Positions 19,101 to 27,275 of a stretch of DNA of 64,000 bases are shown here, in pieces. The stretch spans positions 580,964-644,963 of the forward strand of contig JAHLLD010000001.1 of NCBI GenBank assembly GCA_020444325.1. Reading direction: 5' to 3'. Origin of the DNA: a bacterium. GTDB lineage: Bacteria > Bacteroidota > Ignavibacteria > SZUA-365. Numbering within the stretch: position 1 is the first letter of the stretch; each line of letters opens with the position of its first letter. The notes under the pieces are model-generated. The model did no database searches and was not told where the DNA came from. It saw only the letters and a list, made by a program, of their open reading frames with translations. A program made the position numbers and the translations under genes.

Positions 19101-20237
19101 CGTCGGTGTCAGCTGCGTTCGACGTTGAATATCGATGGGAATAACCGATGCGGGATTGCAACTGTTCAGCGGAGTGACATTCAGTGTCGCACGTATGTTT
19201 CCGGTCACACGCAGCTGCGTCTGCAACTGCACCGTTGACGGCTGATTCTGCGACAGCGTCAGGAAGTTGCTGCCCAGGATAAACTGTCCCGCGTCGGGCC
19301 CGCTGAGCGAGAGTGCGACCTGTTGCGCACAGGACGAAGTATCGGTAACCGTGACGGTGAGAGTCGTGTCGGCGGTGCAGCCGAGTGGAAGGGAAAAGGC
19401 GGCGGGGGTGATAAAGACGGACTGTGGGACAATACGCGTCGATGGAACAAATCGAAGCGTTCCGCGCCGGTTGCCGCGTCCATTGAAATCCGAGGCGTCG
19501 CAGAGCACGTCTCCTCCCGCTTCGTTGCAGCGGAAATACAGGATCAGTCCCGCCTCATCGCCCTGCAGCGAAGCATAGCGCAGGCAACGCAGCTCGGCCT
19601 CACCGAGCGTGCGATTCCACATGCGTATTTCGTCAAGTTCACCGGTGAGGGGTCGCTGCAGCGACGGATCGTTTGTCTGTCCGTTGAAACTTCCCCACTG
19701 CAGGTAGCTCATCGTCGCGCGCATTGCCGTGAGCGGAGTATCCGCATTGCGTCCCTGTGCCTGCAGTGTACCATCGATAAACAGCCGCGCCTGCTGCGTA
19801 CCTCCATCCCACATGGCGGCGACATGCATCCATACGTCATAGCGCATGGCGGTTTTGATCGTGGTGTTGTCGAAGTCTCCGAATCGCGATACGTCCGGAC
19901 TGAGTGTGAACACCAGTGAGTCGCTTTCGTCAATGAAGAGCAGCCAGCGATCGTCGGTATCGGTGCGCGGACCCCATTCGCCCCCGATATACTGGCGCAC
20001 GCCGGACTGCCGGCTTACGCGCATCCACAGCTCCACGGTCATCGCCCGGGTTGAATCCACCGAGCGTAGTGCGGGTGTGGTGAAGACGTCCACGTAGTCG
20101 AGATTTCCCCCGGAAAAACGCAGTGCATTGCCGAGACAGCGCGTATCGCTGTCGCAGGTCGACTGCGCCGTGAGCAATTGCGGCAGCGCGAGAAGCAGGA
20201 GTAGAGGGGCGACGAAATGTCTGCGTGTCAACAGCAT
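16158..20237 (-). CDS. Giant secreted T9SS cargo protein: LamG/concanavalin-like lectin domain plus multiple choice-of-anchor-D/Ig-like domains plus T9SS C-terminal domain
   Basis: Signal MLLTRRHFVAPLLLLLALPQLLTAQS. N-terminal LamG-like region (LRFSGGNLDYVDV...ELWMRV...LFIDGTL...DEIRMWNRTL). Repeated FGNVIVGQSATLPVTIDNNG-type beta-sandwich modules follow. C-terminus LEQNYPNPASALTTIEF...SSGIYSYEM... is a T9SS C-terminal domain. Stop TAG at 16158-16160, 4 nt before the OmpA start. Confidence 0.75.
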   Translation of the reverse strand: MLLTRRHFVAPLLLLLALPQLLTAQSTCDSDTRCLGNALRFSGGNLDYVDVFTTPALRSVDSTRAMTVELWMRVSRQSGVRQYIGGEWGPRTDTDDRWLLFIDESDSLVFTLSPDVSRFGDFDNTTIKTAMRYDVWMHVAAMWDGGTQQARLFIDGTLQAQGRNADTPLTAMRATMSYLQWGSFNGQTNDPSLQRPLTGELDEIRMWNRTLGEAELRCLRYASLQGDEAGLILYFRCNEAGGDVLCDASDFNGRGNRRGTLRFVPSTRIVPQSVFITPAAFSLPLGCTADTTLTVTVTDTSSCAQQVALSLSGPDAGQFILGSNFLTLSQNQPSTVQLQTQLRVTGNIRATLNVTPLNSCNPASVIPIDIQRRTQLTPTPGRVVFDTLFGCVNQSTSDTTLQICNTSGGPITVTSLLTSSPAFTAVPGGGWTLPVTLQPGDCRDVLLSFAPADTGSFVDTLLIASDDVCPGSGRVPLFGRNVDIARLTLSSISFDRPNQPCRRSLNLAEQFYLTNRTNEPFVVEAIEFSNPVFSTPTTLPFTARVGRSHRMYIRFQSSVEGYYTDTARIRMNFRGCIVYRDIPLDGRIVDVQLSARDSLVQFGNVIVGQSATLPVTIDNNGIDTRDVFMYLSSGRVFSIMGGNRVNIAPGSAATVNVNFRPLNPVFYRDTLNFQDVGCQIIKRVILEGNGVFGSLVFDPGYLQAGNVINCQCRQDTVTVTNNTGAALTLRSVSITGSVKFTFLPPLPATNEILPVGGQRQYIIQYCPAGAPDFVTETADLVFDTDGPEGELRMLLTGTNIEPKLTIDAMTNFGDVEVGTTLTRVLRITNPSPTPVVVDAIPPLPAGFTVLSAVPPIGSTLQYRDTMLVTVEFAPSNNTTYGGGIAVQSGNPCTVEANGQLQGRGIIIPLFVPWSTIVFTEATRCDSVLRVIGLVNDGSVPITIDSIWITGTDAAAFSWKGRTFSGLPPRDTPPHFADSIDIRFFPARVASVQSVAQLHVAATTRLGQQVYSINLVGSRVLQYIPSIASVVFPATPVLTAAMPVSVTFQNPSYLDALIIDNVSFVPDQGVFAYAGALPLSVPPRASRSLDFLFRPRAAVAYDARIRLVTRVSCEEVDTTLSITGSGYTPPWLITLCMDTTITADIGEVLRLPVFLNRDIPQNPLDLDFSILFHRRALEYLGFEPVFTARPVRDTLRPDGVRIALRDNQQVTSGPVGWISFRVAASDRMQFVMRTDSITFASDSTLFIALFGDGCMTPITINPRCGIDSISISENRDALEQNYPNPASALTTIEFETVEDTPVRIALRDARGREVAILTDTWYTHGRYQLTYDVSGLSSGIYSYEMRTRTYRQTRVMVVVE

Positions 20238-20241
20238 CCTC

Positions 20242-21780
20242 CTACCGTACCACCAGCTTGCGGCTCACTTTCTGTGTCCCGACCCGCAGCTGATAGTAGT
20301 ACACACCGGCCGGCAATCCCTGCGACTGCAGCACCGCTTCGTGTCGTCCCGCTTCAAAGCTGCCACGCGCGATGGCGGCGATAAGACTGCCGCGTACATC
20401 GTAAAGCAGCAGTTCCACATTTGCGCGACCGGCAAGGGTGAAGGGAATCGTGGTGTGTCCGTTGGCAACGGGATTCGGATAATTCTGCGAGAGCGAAAAA
20501 CCGAGCGGCGCGGCAGCATCATGCTGCGCCGTGGTTGTACGCACGAGTGGCAGCGGGGTAAAGCGTCCCCCGAGCAGCTGCGTCACGTCATCTGCGGGCA
20601 ATTCGAACCAGTGTTCCAGCAGCTCGGAATAGATTTGACGATAATCGAAATCATGCAGAAGATCGCCGCTGTTGTCGGTCACATCGAAATCGGGATCCTG
20701 TCCGAGTACGCCGCTGTTGACCGACTCCCCGAAGAGAAACTGCACGGAAGCCGTCCCATGATCCGTGCCGCTGCTGCCGTTTTCCCGTGTGCGGCGACCG
20801 AATTCCGACATGGTCATGCCGACCACGCGTTTTCCCAGTCCCTGGTTTTTCAGGTCGTCGACGAATTCCTCGGCTGCGGACGAAAGATTCTGCAGCAGGC
20901 GCGCGTGCGCGGACGCCTGATTGCTGTGCGTGTCGAAGCCCCCGAGGTACACCATGTACACTTTCGACTGCAAACCCCCGCTGATCAGGCGCGCCACGAG
21001 GCGCAGCTGCTGCGAGAGTGAGCTGCCCGAGTAATTCCCGACATTCGTGCCACTGGTGAACGCATCGTTGACGCGCTGGGAATACACATCGCTCTGTTCC
21101 TTGATGGCACGCACGAAAAGGTATTCTTCTCCGTATGGCGTTCCGCCTGGCACGGCTTCATCGACCTGGTTGCGGCCCAGACGGAAGAAAGTCTCGGGAT
21201 CCGCGAGCGTGATACCCATGTTTCCTCTGTCCGCCTGCAGCATCAGCGAAAGTGTGCCGCCGATCTGTACCGCGAAGGGATCGGGCGGTAGTTGCAGCGG
21301 GTATGTCGGGTGCGTGATTTCCAGGTATCTCCCCAGCCAGCCCGTGTCCAGAACGCTTCCGGCCCCGGAGCCTGTCAGCCAGATATTTTCGGAGCGGAAA
21401 TGCGAGCGGTTCGCATTCTCATATCCCACCCCCTGTACGGCAACGAGTTTACCTGCGTCGAAGAGATTGCGCATGCCCGTCATGTCGGGGTGGAAGCCCA
21501 TGGTGGGATTCGCGATGCGCAGCACCTCCTGCGGAGAAATGCCGAGGGTGGGACGATTTTGATAATACTGCTGATTGGTATAGGGGACGAAAGTATTGAG
21601 TCCGTCATTCCCCCCGAACAGCTGAATGATGACCAGGACGTTATCGTTTTCCGAAAGCTGTCCCGATCCGATCGCACCGTAGCTGCCGGCATGCACCGGA
21701 ATGCCGCGGAAGAACAGCGGTACGGATGCGACTCCGGCGGAGGCAGCGATAGCGCGGGAAAAAAATTCGCGTCGTTTCAT
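20242..21780 (-). CDS. DUF1501 family protein (sulfatase/alkaline-phosphatase-like) with a twin-arginine (Tat) signal peptide and a T9SS C-terminal sorting domain
   Basis: Start MKRREFFSRAIAASAGVASVPLF is a Tat motif (RRxFF). Hallmark DUF1501 motifs YMVYLGGFDTHSNQ and MSEFGRRTRENGSSGTDHG are present. The last roughly 80 aa, SQNYPNPVANGHTTIPFTL...GVYYYQLRV...VVR, is a T9SS C-terminal domain. The listed ORF starts 33 codons upstream of the Tat signal. Confidence 0.8.
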   Translation of the reverse strand: MKRREFFSRAIAASAGVASVPLFFRGIPVHAGSYGAIGSGQLSENDNVLVIIQLFGGNDGLNTFVPYTNQQYYQNRPTLGISPQEVLRIANPTMGFHPDMTGMRNLFDAGKLVAVQGVGYENANRSHFRSENIWLTGSGAGSVLDTGWLGRYLEITHPTYPLQLPPDPFAVQIGGTLSLMLQADRGNMGITLADPETFFRLGRNQVDEAVPGGTPYGEEYLFVRAIKEQSDVYSQRVNDAFTSGTNVGNYSGSSLSQQLRLVARLISGGLQSKVYMVYLGGFDTHSNQASAHARLLQNLSSAAEEFVDDLKNQGLGKRVVGMTMSEFGRRTRENGSSGTDHGTASVQFLFGESVNSGVLGQDPDFDVTDNSGDLLHDFDYRQIYSELLEHWFELPADDVTQLLGGRFTPLPLVRTTTAQHDAAAPLGFSLSQNYPNPVANGHTTIPFTLAGRANVELLLYDVRGSLIAAIARGSFEAGRHEAVLQSQGLPAGVYYYQLRVGTQKVSRKLVVR

Positions 21781-21791
21781 GCGTCCCCCTC

Positions 21792-23339
21792 TCAGTGCAG
21801 TTGAAAATCTGGAGCCGACGCAATGCGCGTCAGCAGGTTGCGAAGATTCGTGTCGGCGTTCGGCGCATCGATATTCCATTCATACACCGGCGCCCCTCCC
21901 AGCATGGTCTGCAGGTAGCCGTCGCGCCGTGTCTGCGACACTTCGACCGGAAGCAGGAGCAGCAGCATGTCATCGAGCAGCTGGTTGGCATCCGAAACGT
22001 TGTCGAACGTCTTTCCCCAGGCGACAATATCCATAGGCGTCTGCGAAGACCCGCCTGGAAACTGTCCTGTAATGAAGCGCTCGGCGAAGGACTTGCGGTA
22101 GGGATACGTGGTAGTGCTGATCCAGGTCCTGTAGCCATCCCATCCCGCCACCGTGGGCGGATACAGCAGATGTTCCTCGAGCGTTTTCATATCCGCTACC
22201 AGACGGTCGCCTCCGGGATTTGCATTGAGCTGCCGGGCGAGTCCGACCGAAAACACGGCCGGCGATTTGATCATTGCGCCGATATTGACGGTGTCGAAAA
22301 AATGTGCGCTTTTCAGCAGCGTCTGCACGACCGGATAGATATCGTAGCTGTTGTCGCGCAGCAGCTGTGCCATGGCTTCAACCACCTCGCCGTCAACCGC
22401 CTCGGGATTGTCATAGACGAAAAAGGAATACAGCTTGCGGCAGATGAATTTCGCGACGGAGTCATCGTCGAAAATGATATCCACCACTTCGTCTCCCTCA
22501 AAGCGTCCGTCGAGCGACGATCGTCCCACAATCGTGCGTCCCATAAACGTCTTGTTTCCCGCGTCATGCAGCAGGGGACTGAATGAGGCGTCATAGCCCG
22601 TGAACTCATCGAGCTGCCAGCCGGTCAGACAGCGCGCCGCTTCCTTGATATCCTGCTCGGTGTAATTCCCCTCACCCATGGTGTAGAGTTCCATGAGTTC
22701 GCGCGCATAGTTCTCATTGGGATTGCCTGCGATGGAAATGGCGCCGTCGAGATAGCGCAGCATGGCGGGGTCACGGTTCACATCCTTCATCAAATCGCGG
22801 AAATTCCCGAGTGCGTACGAGCGGAACAGTGCGTTCTGCTGATAGAGGAACTGCGGGATTTCCACAACACCCGCTTCCGTGGTGATGTGCCGGTGCCAGA
22901 ACAGCGTCATCTTTTCGGTGATGTTCATGCCGCTGCCCGCCATCCGTTGCGTCCACCACGCACGCAGCGCATTCATCCACGATTTGTTCTGCTGCCGGTA
23001 TGCGTTTTCCTCTTCCGCCGTGGTGGGCTGCGCCTGCAGTTCCCCAACCCACGATCCCGGGGCAGACGGCGCACCGACGGGTTGCAACAGCACATCGACC
23101 AGCTCGCCGGGCTGCATGCTTTCGGCGGACTTGATTTCCGTCCACGTTGGCAGAAAACCCGCACGACGCAGCAAATGCGCTGCACGCCGCCGGTCCCACG
23201 GCTCCTGCGGCGTGGGGATATACGGTTCGAGTCCCGCTGCCGTCCTTCGCTCCACTCCATATAGCATCGGGGGCAGCCTGCGGCGTACCCGTATGCCCCT
23301 TCCCCCATCCGACTGTACAGCAATCTCAGCCATGCGCAA
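21792..23339 (-). CDS. DUF1800 family protein, the usual partner of DUF1501
   Basis: The conserved DUF1800 block ENYARELMELYTMGEGNYTEQDIKEAARCLTGWQ and HLLRRAGF near the N-terminus. Stop 11 bp upstream of the DUF1501 start. Confidence 0.7.
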   Translation of the reverse strand: MRMAEIAVQSDGGRGIRVRRRLPPMLYGVERRTAAGLEPYIPTPQEPWDRRRAAHLLRRAGFLPTWTEIKSAESMQPGELVDVLLQPVGAPSAPGSWVGELQAQPTTAEEENAYRQQNKSWMNALRAWWTQRMAGSGMNITEKMTLFWHRHITTEAGVVEIPQFLYQQNALFRSYALGNFRDLMKDVNRDPAMLRYLDGAISIAGNPNENYARELMELYTMGEGNYTEQDIKEAARCLTGWQLDEFTGYDASFSPLLHDAGNKTFMGRTIVGRSSLDGRFEGDEVVDIIFDDDSVAKFICRKLYSFFVYDNPEAVDGEVVEAMAQLLRDNSYDIYPVVQTLLKSAHFFDTVNIGAMIKSPAVFSVGLARQLNANPGGDRLVADMKTLEEHLLYPPTVAGWDGYRTWISTTTYPYRKSFAERFITGQFPGGSSQTPMDIVAWGKTFDNVSDANQLLDDMLLLLLPVEVSQTRRDGYLQTMLGGAPVYEWNIDAPNADTNLRNLLTRIASAPDFQLH

Positions 23340-23345
23340 TCCTCA

Positions 23346-23362
23346 TATGCAGTTTCTGCATA
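23346..23362. promoter_or_regulatory. Perfect palindrome TATGCAGnnnCTGCATA immediately upstream of the DUF1800 start codon
   Basis: Read directly: tatgcagtttctgcata. On the minus strand it lies 7-23 nt 5' of the ATG at 23339, so it overlaps the expected RBS or operator position. Confidence 0.3.
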
Positions 23363-23505
23363 AAAAATACCTCAGAATATCACCCAAAACCAATCAAGAA
23401 TATCCGTGATACCTGCCTGAATGCGTCGACACAGGGTATTGTCGATTGCAATGGAGGGCTTGGGGAGGTATCAGACTGAGAATAAACACACAGGGATGAG
23501 AATTG

Positions 23506-24072
23506 TTACTTCGGGAATTCGACGCGAACGGAAACACGCACGCGCGGCTGATTCCCTCTGTCCGCTTTGAGATAGCGTTTCACATAGATGCGGCGATAGA
23601 ACGCATCTTCCCTGTCCTTGAAAAACACATGATCGTCGTGCTCGGAGATGTCGATGCCATCACCGGCCAGAAGCGCGGAAAAGCCTTCGAGCAGTGCGTG
23701 ATAGTATGCCAGGCATGCTTCGTCTGAAGAGAACTCCTTTTTCGCCGAAATCAGGTACTCCGGTTCGTCGCCAGAATAGTCTGCCACGCGCGCGCGCTCG
23801 TTCTCGAATTCAGGGATATCGTATTTCTTGCTGAATTCCACCTTCCCGAAAGAAGTCAGATAGCGACCCTTCGCGGCAGCTTTCCAGTCCTCCGCCGTCA
23901 TGATTTCCGAGAATTTCGAAGTGGACTGCTCCCACAGGTACATCCACGCCTTGAATACCTCTTCATCGGGACCGGATCGTGCCGCCATCGCCGATGCATA
24001 CACCTGCGCAGGCACCGCAAACATCACGAGCATGGCGCAGAATATCAGTGTCTTCAATCTATATGAAGTCAT
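23506..24072 (-). CDS. Hypothetical secreted protein
   Basis: Signal peptide MTSYRLKTLIFCAMLVMFAVPAQVYA. No recognisable domain. Confidence 0.5.
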   Translation of the reverse strand: MTSYRLKTLIFCAMLVMFAVPAQVYASAMAARSGPDEEVFKAWMYLWEQSTSKFSEIMTAEDWKAAAKGRYLTSFGKVEFSKKYDIPEFENERARVADYSGDEPEYLISAKKEFSSDEACLAYYHALLEGFSALLAGDGIDISEHDDHVFFKDREDAFYRRIYVKRYLKADRGNQPRVRVSVRVEFPK

Positions 24073-24193
24073 AGCTCCTCCAATTCCAAAATGAGTTGAA
24101 TTGTACAATACGGAATCAGAGCAGTGCTGTCAAGAAACATCTGTCTGCAGGGCTGGACTGCAGACCGGATTTGTAAGCTGCGTCGTTGTGTTA

Positions 24194-25108
24194 TCAGGAC
24201 TGCAGTGTCACGGCGATGCCGTCGCGGTAGGCGGTGGGTTCCATGCCGAAGGCTGTGGTGAATTTGCTGCTATCGAAGCGGTAGTCGTGCTCGTACTGGT
24301 ACATCATTTCATCGTTTTCGCGAAGGACGGGCATGAAGAGTCCGAGCACGCGCAGCATCCACCGCGGAGCCACCTGCAGTTTCGCGGGACGGCCGGCAAG
24401 TTCACAGGCGAGTCCGGCGAATTCCTTTCCCGTCAGCGCTTCGGCTGTCGTGGGCGCATGCCAGGTCTGGCCGTAGGCATCCTCACGCATGGCCAGCATT
24501 GCGGTGGCCCTGCCGGCATCGGGCGTATAGGTGAACGTGTGAACCTTGTCGGAGCGTCCCGGCCACTGCGGCGCCTTCCCCTGGCGGATGCGATCGAATA
24601 TCATGGCATGCGTGATGCTCAGGAGGGCTCGCGGACCGTAGAAATCCGCCGCACGCACGATCATTGCCTGCAGTTCTCCCGCGGAGATTTCATCGAGCAG
24701 CGTAGTTGCAATGCGCGCGCGTAACTCACCCTTTTTACTGCAGGGATTGTATGGCGTTTCCTCCGTCATCGCCCCCTCCACGAGTCCATACGCATACACG
24801 TTGTCGAAAAACACCATACGTGCGCCGTGGCGCTTGCAGGCGTCAATCGTGTTGCGCATGATGCGCGGCCATTGTTCTTCCCATACCGGGGTTTTGTACT
24901 GGAGTCCCGCCACGAGATACACGACGTCGCTGCCCTCAACCGCCCGTGCCGTCGCAGCCGCATCGAGCAGGTCCGCCAACAGCGTTTCATCCGTATCGTG
25001 CACCTTTCGCGGGTTTCTGCTTACCTGCCGTACCGGCACCTTCTGTGACGAGAGATAATGGGAAATCTCGTGCCCGATTACGCCGTTGGCACCTAGAATT
25101 GTATGCAT
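24194..25108 (-). CDS. NAD(P)-dependent epimerase/dehydratase (NmrA/SDR-like)
   Basis: MHTILGANGVIGHEISHYL is a glycine-rich Rossmann N-terminus, and the overall length and pattern match atypical SDR/NmrA-like reductases. Confidence 0.75.
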   Translation of the reverse strand: MHTILGANGVIGHEISHYLSSQKVPVRQVSRNPRKVHDTDETLLADLLDAAATARAVEGSDVVYLVAGLQYKTPVWEEQWPRIMRNTIDACKRHGARMVFFDNVYAYGLVEGAMTEETPYNPCSKKGELRARIATTLLDEISAGELQAMIVRAADFYGPRALLSITHAMIFDRIRQGKAPQWPGRSDKVHTFTYTPDAGRATAMLAMREDAYGQTWHAPTTAEALTGKEFAGLACELAGRPAKLQVAPRWMLRVLGLFMPVLRENDEMMYQYEHDYRFDSSKFTTAFGMEPTAYRDGIAVTLQS

Positions 25109-25366
25109 TTGACAAACTCCTCTGTTCTTCAGCAGTTGTTCCTGTCGCGGTTTTCCGCAGGCAGTGGTGTTGGGATTGACATGTAAACCTCACGCCTTCT
25201 CACGTAAAAAACAAACCATTCCCGGGACGCATTCTCCGTGCGCCAGGAATTCCGCCCGTGGTAAAGATTGCGGACGCAGACAGGCATTGCAATCAAGCGA
25301 ACGATTTGCGATACTTACGGCGATAAAGTATATGAATTGTCCACATTTCATGGAAGCGAGAGGCGT

Positions 25367-25846
25367 ATGTTACCATCCTATACCATGTCATTCGACGGCG
25401 CAGTGCTCACGCGGGGTTTCTGGCTCTATGTCTGGGATATCCGGGGTCCTTCAGGACGCTACATTTACGTGGGAAGGACAGGTGACAGCTCATCGCCCAA
25501 CGCTGCATCACCGTTCCACCGCGTTGGACAGCACCTGGATTTCAGCGAGAACGCAAAGGGGAATTCCATGTCGCGTCAGCTGATGGCACTGAAGGTGCGT
25601 CCCGAAGACTGCCGCTTCGAGATGACGGCCATCGGACCGCTGTTCCCGGAACAGAAGAACTGGGACAAGCATGTTCCTTACCGCGACAGAACTGCGGGAC
25701 TCGAGAAAGCGATCGCCGTCACTCTCAACGGCCGCGGCTACACCATACTGGGCTCACACCACTCGAACGCCGCACTCGACATGAAGCTTTTTCCCGAGGT
25801 GCTGGAAGTTCTCGATCGCAAATTCCCGCTCGTTCAGCTTCCCTGA
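25367..25846 (+). CDS. Hypothetical protein with a GIY-YIG-nuclease-like N-terminal motif
   Basis: GFWLYVWDIRGPSGRYIYVGRTGD...HRVGQHL follows the GIY-(10-11 aa)-YIG...R..H spacing of GIY-YIG domains. The start is ambiguous: the listed ORF begins at 25268 and alternative ATGs lie at 25367 and 25385. Confidence 0.4.
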   Translation: MLPSYTMSFDGAVLTRGFWLYVWDIRGPSGRYIYVGRTGDSSSPNAASPFHRVGQHLDFSENAKGNSMSRQLMALKVRPEDCRFEMTAIGPLFPEQKNWDKHVPYRDRTAGLEKAIAVTLNGRGYTILGSHHSNAALDMKLFPEVLEVLDRKFPLVQLP

Positions 25847-26051
25847 GCACAGGATACAGCCTACTCCTTCCACCGCCTTGGATCATCCGGATTCAGGAAA
25901 CGCCTGCCCTTTCTTACGTTGCCTCTCACCGATGCGTGGCGTATTTTCCCGCAGACGCTAATCCGCAACATGATTTTTTTACTCGCGCACATCGCCTGTG
26001 CAGCGGGAAGGAGTATTGTAATGCACCATGCATCCGAAAGTGGAGGGCGGT

Positions 26052-27170
26052 ATGTCTGTTGACAGTTCCTCCTCTCCACGCAGACTTATCATCTGCTGCG
26101 ATGGAACCTGGAATTCTCCGGGGAAAGGTGTGCAGCGGCTCGGAGAACGCGAGCAATGCACAAATGTCGTGAAAACCGTACGATCGATCGCGCCGTTGGA
26201 CGAACACGGCCAGGATCAGATCGTGTACTATGACAGTGGTGTCGGAACGGCGGGACTGTTCGACAAGTACGTCGGGGGATTTACCGGCCACGGAATCCGT
26301 GAGAACATCGAGCAGGCTTACCGCTTTCTTGCAAACAATTACAGGGACGGCGACGAAATATGGTGCTTCGGCTTCAGCCGGGGCGCGTATACCGTGCGCT
26401 CTCTCGGGGGATTGATCAATACCGTCGGACTCCTCCCAAAAGGATCCCTGAAGTTCTTTCCTCTTTTTTACAACTACTATCGCACCGCGAAATCCCGGCG
26501 CAAGGATCTGCCGGAATACGATGAGATCACCTCCATCATCGGCACGAACCGCAAACCCCCAATCACCTTCATGGGCGTGTGGGATACGGTGGGGGCTCTC
26601 GGAGCGCCGACGCCGCTGCTGGGACGCATTACGCGTTCATGGGTCGGCTTCCACGACACACGTGCAGGGAATATTCAGTACGCTTACCACGCGCTCGCGG
26701 TGGATGAGCTGCGCAAACCCTTCGCACCAAGTGTGTGGACCGAGAAGGACGATGTCTGCAAGGTCATGAAGCAGGTCTGGTTCGCCGGTGCGCACTCGAA
26801 CGTGGGCGGAGGCTATCTCGATTGCGGACTGTCGGATGGCGCCCTGATCTGGATGATGAACAACGCCACCCGGCATGGACTCCGCCTGCTCGATGACTGG
26901 ATGGAGCAGGCCGATCGCATCCAGGCGAATCCCGATGCGGAGATCGTCCATTCCTATAAACTGATGTACAGGATTTTCGGAGCGATTTTCCGCTGGCGCT
27001 ACCCGCGTCCCATCGGCGGCAAACACCGGGATGTGAACGGGACGCGGGTAAGCGGCTGCGAGGAATTCGTGCATGACAGTCTCCACTGGCGCGCGCGAAA
27101 GAACAAGCACACCGTCAATCCCCGGAACCTGGCCTACGGGATTGAACACCTCCCGGTGGACAAGCCCTGA
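26052..27170 (+). CDS. DUF2235 alpha/beta-hydrolase (Tle1-like phospholipase family)
   Basis: RRLIICCDGTWNSPG is the DUF2235 N-terminal signature. GFSRGA is a nucleophile-elbow GxSxG. Length is about 370 aa. An alternative start lies at 26028. Confidence 0.75.
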   Translation: MSVDSSSSPRRLIICCDGTWNSPGKGVQRLGEREQCTNVVKTVRSIAPLDEHGQDQIVYYDSGVGTAGLFDKYVGGFTGHGIRENIEQAYRFLANNYRDGDEIWCFGFSRGAYTVRSLGGLINTVGLLPKGSLKFFPLFYNYYRTAKSRRKDLPEYDEITSIIGTNRKPPITFMGVWDTVGALGAPTPLLGRITRSWVGFHDTRAGNIQYAYHALAVDELRKPFAPSVWTEKDDVCKVMKQVWFAGAHSNVGGGYLDCGLSDGALIWMMNNATRHGLRLLDDWMEQADRIQANPDAEIVHSYKLMYRIFGAIFRWRYPRPIGGKHRDVNGTRVSGCEEFVHDSLHWRARKNKHTVNPRNLAYGIEHLPVDKP

Positions 27171-27275
27171 CCGCCTGCACCAGCACGGAAACGATCAACC
27201 ATCGCCGTATATCGCTGTTTGCGTTTGTAAGAATGGCACAGCATTTTGGAGAGGCATCGCCGTCGCAACAGATAT

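Noticed and set aside
21795-23409. Plus-strand ORFs (263 aa, 176 aa, 125 aa) across the DUF1800 gene
   Set aside because: They are antisense to DUF1800, which contains the family's conserved blocks. The frames are Arg/His/Pro-rich.
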